DNA from: Amoebidium appalachense
Taxonomy: Eukaryota; Protista; Ichthyosporea
Assembly: GCA_963693365.1 (NCBI GenBank)
Contig: CAVNZM010000009.1
Location: 9,437,116 to 9,501,115, forward strand
Direction of reading: 5' to 3'
DNA length: 64,000 bases
Part shown: positions 50,764-61,794 of the stretch, in pieces
How positions within the stretch are numbered: position 1 is the first letter of the stretch
Layout: the number at the start of each line of letters is the position of its first letter
Position numbers and translations under genes: made by a program
Notes under the pieces: generated by a model
What the model saw: only the letters and a program-made list of their open reading frames with translations
Told to the model about the DNA's origin: nothing
The model's database searches: none

Positions 50764-51387
50764 TACACACACGCGCGTAATGCACGCGCACAGAACCCAC
50801 ACACATGCACGAAACACACACATACACAAGCGCATGGGCATGCGTGTGCACGCACACACACACAGAAATACGCATGAGGATGCATATTAAACACGCATGC
50901 ACAAAAACCAACCACACACACACACACACACACACGCATGCACACACACGTGCACAAACACACGAACAAATGCGCACGCGCATGACACTGAAACACGCAC
51001 GCACAAAACACCCACGCCCACATCACAAGCACGCACAACACACACCCACAAAACACACACGAGCACAAATGCTCATACGCGCGTGCACACACACACACCC
51101 CCCCCGGGGGGGGGGGGGGGGGGGGGGGGGGAAGGGGTGATGGTGGCCACCAACCGTGAACACGAAGTTAGATATAGTTAGGCATTTGTATTTGGTTGCT
51201 CTGTCGGCAAGAAAAGCTGCGAAGCCCACTGAGCCTCGCATCTTACACCACACTGGGGTAAAACTTATTTCTATGCTCCACCTAAAAAAAAAAACACCTA
51301 CTTGTGGCTGCACCAAGGCTAGCCATATATTATCTATTACTTATATTGAACTAAATAATACTATGAATTATATAGTACTGCATTTAT

Positions 51388-54366
51388 TTAGAGCGCAGAC
51401 TTGTTGGAAAGAGTAGGCATGGAGCCAGAGTTGAGGTTTCCGCTTGCAGAGTACAGGTTGAAGCTGCTCTGAACTCCGCCCATAGAGGAACCTTGCATAG
51501 ACTGCATGCGCACGATAGCCTCCTGCTTCTCTTGACGCTTGCGGCGGCGAATAAGCACGAAGGCAACACCACCGCAGCAGCAGCACAAGCACAGAGCAAC
51601 CACGATGCAACCGACAATCACAATCCATACGGGGAACGAATCCTGGCTGCCAGCGGCACCAGCAGGGGCGGCATCCTGAACAACTTGGTCATCGCGGTGC
51701 TTGATGGCAGACTCGGCACCCACCTCAAGATCGCCAGTCTTCCTGCGCTGACGGTCGAGAAGAGGGCGGGTGAAATCGGCATCACGACGGCGACGGCGAC
51801 GGCTGTTGTCGATGTAGTCGACACGCACGGTGTAGGTGAAGTTGACGGTGTTCTGGTTGGTGCTGGCAGCGGCGCATGCCATGGCAGCCGTAACGGGGAG
51901 GTTGAAGTTGATCTCAGGGGGGGTGTGCTGAAGCTCAGTGACGTAAGTGAGCTGAGTGTTGGGGACACCGTTGCCGATAACGCTGAAGTATGTGTTGTAG
52001 CCCGGGACGGTGCAGTCACCATCCGACGTACGAACAGCGTTGATAATGTCGGCGGCGGCAATACCGAGCTGGGTGGTGTTAGTCCAGATGCGGATAGACC
52101 AATAGGATTGGTCGCCGAGCCAGAAGGAGTTGTTGGCGCGGATGTCGGTGTAGGTGTTGTCCTCACGAAGAACAATGTCGAGCTGGAATGCAGCACTGAT
52201 GTTGACCTCCGTCTCCCTGCAGAAGTTGTTCGTCTTAATGAACATCTGGATGTTGGGGAAGTAGGCATCTTGGATGGAGGGGCAGCTGCCGTCAATCACG
52301 GACGAAGGCTGGCACGTCATGGGGATGTTGCTAATCTGGTAGAAACCAGTCAGATCGCAAGAAGACATGTTGAGGACGTACGTCTGGTTGCACAGGCCGT
52401 TGCTGGGGACACCGTTGCACTGAGGCTGCACGGGGTTGCATGTGGACATGTTGGTGCCGGTAGTTCCATCGACGGTGGCGTTGCAGGTAGGGAGCGCGCA
52501 GTTGGTGCCGTAGCACGGGCACTGATTGAGAGTGTTGCATGTGGGGTTGGGGCACAGGGTACCCGTGCATGCAGGGCAGGCAGCACCAGTGCACGTGGTG
52601 CATGTGGTGTCGTTGCAGGTCAGGCAGCTGGTACCGTTGCACGTGACGCAAGAAGTACCCGTGCAGACGGGGGCCGGGCAGTTGGTGCCGTAGCACGGGC
52701 AGGAAAGGCCGACGCATGTCGGGTTGGGACAGGCGTCACCGGTGCAAGGCGGGCAGCTGGCGCCGGAGCAAGGGGTGCAGCCGGCAGAGTTGCAGAGGTT
52801 GCAGCCAGTGGTGTTGCAGGTAGTGCATGACTCACCGCTGCATGCGGGGGGAAGACCGCAGTTGGTGCCGTAGCAGGGGCAAGAGGTGCCGGTGCACACG
52901 GGGTTGGGGCAGTCGTTGCCGGTACACGGGGGGCAGCTAGCGCCGGTGCACACGTTGCAGGTGCCGCCGGAGCAGACGTTGCACGCAGTACCGTTACAGG
53001 TGGTGCATGCGGTACCATTGCAAATAGGCACGGGGCAGCCGGTACCGAAGCACGGACAGGTAACGTCAGTGACAGAGCAGACGGGGTTGGGGCAGTTCGA
53101 GCCAACGCAGGCCGGGCAGCTGGCACCAGTGCACACGTTGCACACCTGGGTGGTCTTGTCGCACACGTTGCATGCAGTACCGTTGCAGGTAACGCAGGTG
53201 GTGGCGTTGCAGATGGGCTCAACACAGTTGGTGCCGTAGCAGGGGCAGTCCACACCCTCGCAGGTTGGGTTGGGGCACATGTTACCGGTGCAGGGAGGGC
53301 ACGAGGCACCGCTGCAGGGCGTGCAGCCGCCACCGTTGGTGCAGGTGTTGCAGTTGGTGCCGTTGCAAGTCACACACGTATTGCCACTGCACACGGGGCA
53401 GGCGCCACCCGCACACGGGCACACGCCGTTGGAACAAGGGGAAGGTGGGGGAGAGGGAGTAGGTGCGGGCCCAGGGGGCACGACGGGGGGAGTGGTGGAG
53501 CAGTTGACGATAACGGTCGAGAGCTCGGGGGGCTGGCGGGGGTACACACCCACCAGCGTGCAGTCGGGCACATAGGGACCGTACTGCACGTTGATTGTTG
53601 CCTGAACATCGCGCACACGATCGATCTGGATGCGAAGGATCGTGACGGCGTTGGCCGTGCGGGTAGTCGGCACGCGCAGCAGGCGGCTAGGACTGATATG
53701 GGTGACGTATTCGCTGAAGAGTGCCTCCACCTGGGTCTTGTAGACCTCGAACTGGGGCAGAAGCTGGTTGGATACACCGCAATTCATCAGGCGGTCGAAG
53801 CGAACCTTGTAGCCCACACGCACGGTGCAGGTGGAGGGGCGGTAGCAGAGGTAGTTCTCGACGAGGTTGGGGCTGGCACCAGAGCCACTGTTTGCCCATG
53901 AGCAGTTGCCGAACTTAAGATCGTGCACACGGCGAGTGTGGAAGAACTTCCCAACATCGGCGTCGATGTTGACCTTGTTGTTGGCAATGCCCGGGGCAAT
54001 AAGGTTGATGGAGAAGTTGGCCTGAAGGGCCATGGGCTCGTTCAGGTAGCAAGCTGATGCTGAGGATGAGTCCTGGATCATGACATTGGAGAGGGCGAAG
54101 CCAAAGCCCGTACTGCGCACAGCGCATTCGTTGGAACCAAACGCGAGCGAAAGAATGGTCGAGTTGCCCTTGCCCTGAATGGTCACGTTTGTGGCCGAGA
54201 CCACAAGCGGCGCGGACAGAGTGTAGGTGCCGGCGTCGAGTTCGAAAACATCGTTGATGTTGGCACCATTCAGAGCGACCTGCAGATCACCGTTGGCGGG
54301 CACACTAGTGGTGGCCGCTTGCGCGCTGGCGTAAGCCGCGGCGGCGAAAAGGAGGCGGGAGAGCAT
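51388..54366 (-). CDS. Intronless 992-aa type I surface protein: signal peptide, beta-helix (pectin-lyase-like) start, ZP/FRAS1-C-like module with inserted Cys-rich repeats, polybasic furin site, TM helix, short tail
   Basis: Uninterrupted ORF with strong C/G third-position bias. Signal MLSRLLFAAAAYASA; LQVALNGA..LDAGTY..NVTIQG; RRRRRR and RQRR; TM WIVIVGCIVVALCLCCCCGGVAFVLI followed by RRRKR; C-terminus -SAL. The ORF is certain; the domain identity is less so. Confidence 0.92.
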   Translation of the reverse strand: MLSRLLFAAAAYASAQAATTSVPANGDLQVALNGANINDVFELDAGTYTLSAPLVVSATNVTIQGKGNSTILSLAFGSNECAVRSTGFGFALSNVMIQDSSSASACYLNEPMALQANFSINLIAPGIANNKVNIDADVGKFFHTRRVHDLKFGNCSWANSGSGASPNLVENYLCYRPSTCTVRVGYKVRFDRLMNCGVSNQLLPQFEVYKTQVEALFSEYVTHISPSRLLRVPTTRTANAVTILRIQIDRVRDVQATINVQYGPYVPDCTLVGVYPRQPPELSTVIVNCSTTPPVVPPGPAPTPSPPPSPCSNGVCPCAGGACPVCSGNTCVTCNGTNCNTCTNGGGCTPCSGASCPPCTGNMCPNPTCEGVDCPCYGTNCVEPICNATTCVTCNGTACNVCDKTTQVCNVCTGASCPACVGSNCPNPVCSVTDVTCPCFGTGCPVPICNGTACTTCNGTACNVCSGGTCNVCTGASCPPCTGNDCPNPVCTGTSCPCYGTNCGLPPACSGESCTTCNTTGCNLCNSAGCTPCSGASCPPCTGDACPNPTCVGLSCPCYGTNCPAPVCTGTSCVTCNGTSCLTCNDTTCTTCTGAACPACTGTLCPNPTCNTLNQCPCYGTNCALPTCNATVDGTTGTNMSTCNPVQPQCNGVPSNGLCNQTYVLNMSSCDLTGFYQISNIPMTCQPSSVIDGSCPSIQDAYFPNIQMFIKTNNFCRETEVNISAAFQLDIVLREDNTYTDIRANNSFWLGDQSYWSIRIWTNTTQLGIAAADIINAVRTSDGDCTVPGYNTYFSVIGNGVPNTQLTYVTELQHTPPEINFNLPVTAAMACAAASTNQNTVNFTYTVRVDYIDNSRRRRRRDADFTRPLLDRQRRKTGDLEVGAESAIKHRDDQVVQDAAPAGAAGSQDSFPVWIVIVGCIVVALCLCCCCGGVAFVLIRRRKRQEKQEAIVRMQSMQGSSMGGVQSSFNLYSASGNLNSGSMPTLSNKSAL
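52480..53421 (-). repeat. Coding tandem repeat: five full plus one partial ~59-63-aa units with 14 Cys each
   Basis: Consensus CPCYGTNCxxPxCxGxxCxTCNGTxCNxCxxxxCxxCTGASCPPCTGxxCPNPxC. Confidence 0.93.
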
Positions 54367-56991
54367 GGTATTAGGCCGGTGTAAAACACCGTCGTGGCCT
54401 TTCGTTTCTACTGCGAAATCCCTAGTCTATGAAGCGCGTTGCAAAGCGTGCACAGCACAGGTTTAGGCTCTGTGTCTGAGGTGGAGGGCGCCCGAGGGAC
54501 GGTTTTGTTACTGCCGCCGGAAGGACAGAAGAATGTTTGGACAATACAAGTGCATGCCTGTGATAAATTCCGCATAGTTGTATGGGTTTTATATCATTGG
54601 CTGAAGTTAACTTATCTTTGTGTTTAAAAATTTCACAACAGAGCAGCGGTTTAAAAAGGCTACAAATCATGATCAAATCATGGTTTAAATGCTACTCCCC
54701 TGATAAACATGATAAAATAAATAGCTGTGACCAATCATTGAGCCGCATTGCTAACTTACGAGACACTCCTCCTAGTTTTCCGGGGCATCGATCATTCCCC
54801 CCTAAGCTGGTGAGTAGCGATTCTTATAATGTCTGTACGCATGTCATCATTATGCTGGGCCTTCGCATACTTATTATTTCCAAAATATAATACATAGGGG
54901 ATTATTCAGAAGCTGATGTGTATTAAAATGACGAGTTATCTGGCCGGATACGGATACGGATTACATAGGTAACTGGGATCTGAAAACTGTATCGACGTCC
55001 TTGACCTTGACCTGGGGGGGTCCAAATTCATACAATGCTGCAAAACGTGCACGTGAGGCCTTGATTCCTGAAGTTGTGACACTGTGCAAGGACAACGGGG
55101 CATGTCATAGGTATACAAGGTCCTAGCTCACAACTGTTTCTCCAAGCTTTACAAATATTAGTATCAAATTAAACAAGTTTTAAGGCTGAACAAGCCATTT
55201 CTGATTCCTCTCTAACGTATTAAGGCCCTTCTGGTATTGAACGTCTTCTTCGACCGGGACAGAGCGTTGGCCAATGACCAGCCCTACAAACAAACAAAAA
55301 AAAAAAAAAATAGGACACGAGTCACTTAAATAAAACATTCTTTTGATTAAGGGGCCCCAGTAGTTGGATTCCGTCCAGGCGGCATTTGTTCGAAAACTTC
55401 GGAAAGGCCACTTCGCAGCTGCCAGGAGACGACGTTCCAAAATCGCTTATACCGTACACAGTCCCACTATAATATAAAAATGAATCAAAAATAATAAATC
55501 AAGCGGTTGTGGGTGCGAAGTTCAGTCAATTGTATGTCACGGTCTGACGGTACCGTTTCAAAGTGACGACTACTATGCATACTTTGATCATGCCGTGACA
55601 TGACAGCATGATGCAGAGTCGCCCCAACAGTGACACGCATGCATGTGCACGGACATATATACGGCAGTCGCCTGTACTGTAGTGTTCGGGTCCTTGCGTG
55701 GCGACGTGCATGCGACAGGTTTAAGACGAAACCGTCCTCGAATAGCACCCATGTTTTGATTGGCAGCAATGATTTGCGAAATAATAACCCTGTGAACGTA
55801 TGTGCGTGCGAAAACAGGGTCATGGGTGGCACCGGTATACCCGGGTGGTCTGGCAGCCTGGCCATATATGTTTACCACACTGTAAATAGTTAGTACTATC
55901 GTCTGTAGCAAACCATTGCCAGCCAGTATAGCTAATAAAAGCAAATAGCAGAAACGTCACTACCATACTGCGTATGATAACAGCGTACTTGTCTATGATA
56001 TGCGTGCTGCTGCAGCGGCCACATCGCCGACTCGAAGTTCCGCATGCATGGCAAGGTGTCGGTGGCCCTTTCATATCCTATTCTTGTAATTATTGAATGC
56101 GAATCACTCATATTTGAGGTTTCAAGAGGTATTAAATATAAGTATTTATTATATTATTATATTGGTCATAGAATATTTCTGTTTTCCTGATAGAATTATA
56201 GTTTTTTTCCACTGCGAAATCATCATATTTTCTCTGACCAAATGACTTGATTCTAATTAAAGTCCGTTTTATTTTTTCGGGACATTCTCATTGGCTCTAG
56301 AAGCTGAGAAACTGAACCTTTAGAAAAGTTACCTTTTTATTGGGCCAGTACGCACGTGCTATTGCGTAGGAATAGTGGCGTACCGGCGTGCCTCCCCACC
56401 TTCCCGTGAGAGTGGGTGTATACGTTCTGTGGCGTCCGCGGGCAGTCCGCGCCGGCTGATTATAATTATTAGCTAATAGTGTCTTGTGCACTGCAGTATA
56501 CTGTGCCCGCGTGGTAAATAGGTGTGTACGTCTGTGGTCACTGTATGTACTGCAACTACCATGGCGCACAGCCTCGGGCGCTGTACAATGTACATGTGAT
56601 AAATTTAGCGGTGACACGCGCAGCAAGTTGGCAACATGCATGTCATGATCATGAGCTCGAGTCGTACAGCTCATGAGTCCGTCACCGATATCGATTCATG
56701 ACCCAGACGCTGTCGCCGAAGAATTTATTATATTTTTTACAAAGTAGATTCCTAATGCTTCTCATGAATATTTTTCCAGGACCTAATTTTTTACTTGTTT
56801 TATAAAAATATTCCGGCTTTTTATTTTCTAAGTTTATCTGTCATGCATGCATGTCGTCAATTTGACCATGCCAAGATGACTGGCTTTGTATAAACCTTTA
56901 CCGTCGACTGAGTCCAGAGGTCTTTCTCACTACACAGTGCTCATCAGGCTCCCCGGGCCGGACGCGGGCGTCCAGCGAGCCCCCCTCTGAT

Positions 56992-57068
<77 letters not shown>

Positions 57069-57290
57069 TCGGGGAGACGGGAGAAGGGTTGAAGGGGCCC
57101 GGGGGAAGCCTTTAATAATATAAGGACGGGGGCCCGGGGGCGGAGGGAGGGGACGGGGGGAAGGGGAGAAGGGGGTGGGGTGGGGTGGCCATGGGGCGAC
57201 GGTGCCACGGGTGGGTGGGTGGGTCGGTGGCCATGGTGGGTGAGGGGGGAGGGGGGGGGGAGGGGGGGGGGGGGGGGGGGGGGGGGAGGG

Positions 57291-57720
57291 TGTCATCTTC
57301 CCATGATTAACGGCAAGACTTAGAAGTTGAGTTTTACATTTGTTTATTAGTTTGTTGTAGTTTGTTTCCTTTTCCCTTTTCCTTTCTTTCTTTCTTTCTT
57401 TCCTTCCGTTTCCGTGTGCACAGATATCTTAGATCTGTGTCCACTCGAGCTATTTCGCCCCCGCACACGTATTGTTGTTAACGTTTGCGTCAATGTCTAA
57501 ATACGTTGTCCAATCAGATCTCGTTATATTTTCCCAAATATAGTAACCTACATTCCTCACTAATTCTATTCGATTCCTTTCCCATTCCTTCCTTTCTATC
57601 CTCATTCCTTTTCCTTCTTTTCCCACGACGTAGCATTGCTCTATGTTCCCCAACTATTAGGAATACTTATATTTAAACGTGTTATGTTAAGAACATGTAT
57701 AAATATATGATGTGAACTAA
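57291..57720 (+). mobile_element. Truncated, diverged LTR of copia family 3
   Basis: Begins tgtcatcttc. Reverse-complement homologue of ~63145-63511, with similarity lost near 57720. No TSD found. Confidence 0.8.
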
Positions 57721-58233
57721 TTGTCATGTGCTGAGCTGATTCGTACTAGTTTGCTTCTATATTTTGTGTTTTGGTGAGTGAATTTCGGGGGTTTTCTTGC
57801 ATAGTGATGCCGGGGTCTAAGTGGAGTATGAGGAGATTATTTAGTGGTATGGGGAGAATCTGATGCAGCGGCGGCTGATTGTTTGGTGCGCGCGTGCATG
57901 CCCCATGCCTCTGCGTACTCTCCATGTTAAATGTTGTATTGCTTCTTGCTGTGTGCAGCTCAATAAGATAGAGCTGTACATTTTTAATAAATTGATTTAA
58001 AATTCGAGTACTACCCCCAAATTGCCTGGAGAGCTGAATTAAGAGATCTCTGTCAGATGTGTGCAATAGCATAGCTAGTTCATGGCTTTCCTTCGACTTT
58101 GCAGGTACACTACTAAGGAAGGCTTGTGAAGAATAGCACTAGCTAATCAATGCCCACCCGCTTGTCACAAACTAGAGAGCTCGGCAAAAGTGCACCCCTT
58201 TTTCTTTTTCTCCGTCAGGCCAACCACTGGTAA

Positions 58234-59181
58234 GGGCCTGTTTGGCAACCCGGGTTTAGGGTCCTAAATCCGGATTACGGGCGATTTTGGGTTTAGCGCT
58301 AAATCCAAATCTCAAAATCCAGCCGCTGCCAAACAGACGGCCAGATCCGGTCACGTAAATCTGGGTTTCAAACCCCTCGGACATGGCCGTAATCTGGATT
58401 CCACTAATCCACCTCGGGAGGTGGATTAGCGCGAAATCCTTTCAGGTCCTGAATGTCCGACCCAATGAATGTTCATTTTATGGAACTATATATGGTGTCC
58501 TTTTGCACCAATCGTCGATAGTTTGAAGTGGCCAAAAAAGGATTGTTGAAAGGGCGCCAAACCAAACTTCCGTTGCTGGCAGCATGTGGATACTGAGTGG
58601 GCTGCGACAGCTGTGCCTTGAACTGCGACACCTGCATCAACGCACGGACTTGCACGTGGGGAACGTTATAAAAACAGACACGCACCTCACTTCTCATTCT
58701 TTTCCTACCCTCTGCGGCCGTCCAGCCCGAGTCTTCCAGTAGCACAGTACACTTGTAGATAATCTTGTTTGAACCGACAAGATGCCTGCAAACCTCAACA
58801 TCGAATCACAGAGTGACAGTCCCCCACAGTCAGCCAAACCGTCGACTGAGGCGGTTGAAAAGACACGTATGAGATTTACGGGAGAAGAAAGCAAGTTCGT
58901 TGTAGACGATTTTCTTAGCCTCTCACTCAGGAAACTTGATTCGGGAGGCAAGAGCCTTAAAAAGGCTCAATGGAATGGAATGGCCGGTCGTTTCCATGAA
59001 CAGCAGAGCAAATCTAACCCGAAATCGTACGTGGGCTGTTTGGCATCCATGGGTTATCTACCCGGCTTAACCCAGGTTTCGGCTGAGATCCGGATTCTGC
59101 AGCATAATCTGGATCTCGATTTTGATATCCAGATATCCCCCGAAATCCAGATTACACTAACCCGCGTTGCCAAACAGGCCC
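58234..59181 (+). mobile_element. PIF/Harbinger non-autonomous deletion derivative (948 bp)
   Basis: TIRs GGGCCTGTTTGGCAAC / GTTGCCAAACAGGCCC. TAA TSD at 58231-58233 and 59182-59184. Carries a Myb/SANT-like ORF start but no transposase. Confidence 0.9.
58782..59030 (+). pseudogene. Truncated Myb/SANT-like DNA-binding ORF of the Harbinger element
   Basis: RMRFTGEESKFVVD..GKSLKKAQWNGMAGRF fits the Myb/SANT-like pattern. The ORF then runs into the right terminal region. Confidence 0.7.
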
Positions 59182-59689
59182 TAAAAGATTATCAAACCCC
59201 ATTTTTTACGTTTACTTTTCGTGTGCTTGTTTTGTTTTCGTGGCTTTTTCGTTTCAGATCGATGTGCGAACGCACATTTTGGACCCTTGCCCTCCTTCTC
59301 GGAGCGATCGCCGCTGTGACGTCAATGTTACTGAACCCCTATTAGATCGATTGATTGGGCGCCGAAGGAAATCGGGTTATCTAATAGTCTTATTAGCTGA
59401 TTGGGCCCGCAATTCCCTCTCAATAGTTGTGAGCCATCTGATTGGGCCCGCAATTCCCTCCCCGGAAAAATTTGGCCAGATGGAACGCTAGGCATCAGAC
59501 TTGTCAGCCAGCGACGTTACCGCTGCACCAACCCGCCCCCCACTTGCGTCCTGTCAAGAAGCTCCGCCGCAAAGAAGTACACGCTCCACAGCTGCAGTAC
59601 AGAGGAATCCGACTGAGTACACGCGCCGATAGGAAGCACACGTGCTGTCAGCTGTCAAGAGCCTTCGATGATGCGCCGCAGGCGCTAGT

Positions 59690-60393
59690 CAGTGGTGAAT
59701 CGGGTTCTCGATCCGATCCAAATCCTTAACCGAATCCGATTCGATTCCGATTCCTAGACCGATATAGAAATGATTCTTAATCCCTGATCCAACTCCGAAG
59801 CGATTTTTGCTCTTTTTTTTCTCAGATGAGTAAGTGACGTCAGTACTACAGGCATGCAAGGGCGGGGCGAGCTTCGGGGCGAGCGCAGCGAGCCCTGGCA
59901 GCAAGCAAGTCCTAACAACTCACCCTGAGCTCGAGGGGAATCCCTTCCTTTCCAGTGACTGATACAAGCGCGATAAAAAAAAGTAAAAACACTGTGAGAG
60001 AAAAGGCCACGCGGGCTGAGAGCCTCGGTTCGGGCACACGCGGAGACCGTGTTGACGCAATTTATCTGATTTGAAGGCTCTGAGCACGCGTGGCTTTTTC
60101 TCCCTTCACGCTAGGTTGTTAGCACTTGCTCGCTGCCGGGGTTGTTAGCACTTGCTCGCTGCCGGGGCTCCCTGCACTAGCCCCGGCGCTCGCCCAGCCT
60201 TAGCATGCTGTCCTCACTGACCCATCCAGGGCGGAAATCGCAAATCGCTTCAGAATCGATTTGGAGTGGTAAGATCGGACAGAATCGGTCTAGATTTTAG
60301 AAGACCTCGTGAATCATCGTGGTCTAGGTTTCGGAATCGGATTGGAATCGGTCAAGGATTCGGAATCGGATCGAGAACCCGATTGCAATATTG
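59690..60393. mobile_element. MITE-like element with long imperfect inverted termini (hAT-like CA ends)
   Basis: cagtggtgaatcgggttctcgatccgat vs atcggatcgagaacccgattgcaatattg. Inverted similarity extends ~230 bp, with repeated AATCGG/CCGATT boxes. No TSD seen. Confidence 0.7.
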
Positions 60394-60636
60394 CTTCATT
60401 CTGATTGGTTGTCACACCACGGGGTTTCCCGATTGTTCTTCGAATGACATTTGCTATCACTATCAGACAGTTCTCCAATATCAGAACAGAAAACGGTCTC
60501 TACCCAGTTGGCCAGATGGCCAGGTCAAATTCAGTGTGTGAAAAAAGGTGGATAAAACGGGATAAAACGGTGAGCAAAATGATCTGGCCATCTGGCAATG
60601 TGGCCATGGAATCTCTATATCTAAAAATAGCTGCCA

Positions 60637-60885
60637 CTGCGCCGGGGCGTGGTTCCGGGAGGCAGGGGAGGCACGTGAGCACTCACTGGCCCTGCGCCGG
60701 GGCGTGGTTCCGGGAGGCAGGGGAGGCACGTGAGCACTCACTGGCCCTGCGCCGGGGCGTGGTTCCGGGAGGCAGGGGAGGCACGTGAGCACTCACTGGC
60801 CCTGCGCCGGGGCGTGGTTCCGGGAGGCAGGGGAGGCACGTGAGCACTCACTGGCCCTGCGCCGGGGCGTGGTTCCGGGAGGCAG
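60637..60885. repeat. 55-bp perfect tandem repeat, 4.5 copies
   Basis: ctgcgccggggcgtggttccgggaggcaggggaggcacgtgagcactcactggcc at 60637, 60692, 60747, 60802 and 60857. Confidence 0.95.
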
Positions 60886-61170
60886 TGGGGCAGGGGGGCT
60901 GGGGGGCTGGGGGGGCTGGGGGGGCTGGGGGGGGCACTCAGTGCCAGTGGGTGTGCATATGGCCATGGTCACGTATACTAAGAGACTCCACTGGGGGCCT
61001 GGTTCCGGGAGGCAGGGGAGCAGGGGGGCAGGGGAGCAGGGGGGCAGGGGGGCAGGGGAGCAGGGGGGCAGGGGAGACTGGCATGCCACTCAGTGTGTGG
61101 ATAAATGTTGTGTGTGCATAGTGTATGTTGGCACCATGCGGCTGTGTGGGTGATAAAGGCAGAAGCCACA

Positions 61171-61500
61171 ACACGTGTGGTGTCTAAACAGCCTATAGGC
61201 ATGCTCCGTGTGCAGGCACCAATTTCTACCCTCTTCTGGTTGGTGCCAAGAGGCAGCGCCCTACACGTGTGGTGTCTAAACAGCCTATAGGCATGCTCCG
61301 TGTGCAGGCACCAATTTCTACCCTCTTCTGGTTGGTGCCAAGAGGCAGCGCCCTACACGTGTGGTGTCTAAACAGCCTATAGGCATGCTCCGTGTGCAGG
61401 CACCAATTTCTACCCTCTTCTGGCTGGTGCCAAGAGGCAGCGCCCTACACGTGTGGTGTCTAAACAGCCTATAGGCATGCTCCGTGTGCAGGCACTAATT
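61171..61500. repeat. 92-bp near-perfect tandem repeat, ~3.6 copies
   Basis: acacgtgtggtgtctaaacagcctataggc... at 61171, 61263, 61355 and 61447. Confidence 0.95.
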
Positions 61501-61794
61501 TGTTGTGCCTTCCTTTTTTGGTTAGATCTATACCCGGCCAATGGTTAGCAACCACGGGTTTGTTTTCATCAAGCTTAGACGTGATACTTTGCCAATCATC
61601 AAGGCCGTTTGAGTGACAATGACCGTTGATTGGACAGATCTATCCCATTGAGCCTTGGCACCATTGCTGTAAGCTGCTTTGTACCGTGGCATATAAAAGC
61701 AGCACACACGGTCACATTCACTCATTTCAACACTGACACTCAATAGTAAAAGGCGACACACAACAAACTTGTTTTTCAAACACTCACACGAAAC

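Noticed and set aside
51493-52830. 445-aa + strand ORF (also 6917..7804, 4954..5511, 62082..62654)
   Set aside because: Antisense shadows of codon-biased genuine ORFs; no motifs of their own.
60637-61500. CRISPR-like appearance of the 55-bp, 92-bp (and 100-bp, 35-bp) arrays
   Set aside because: Whole units repeat with no unique spacers, there are no cas genes, and the context is eukaryotic.
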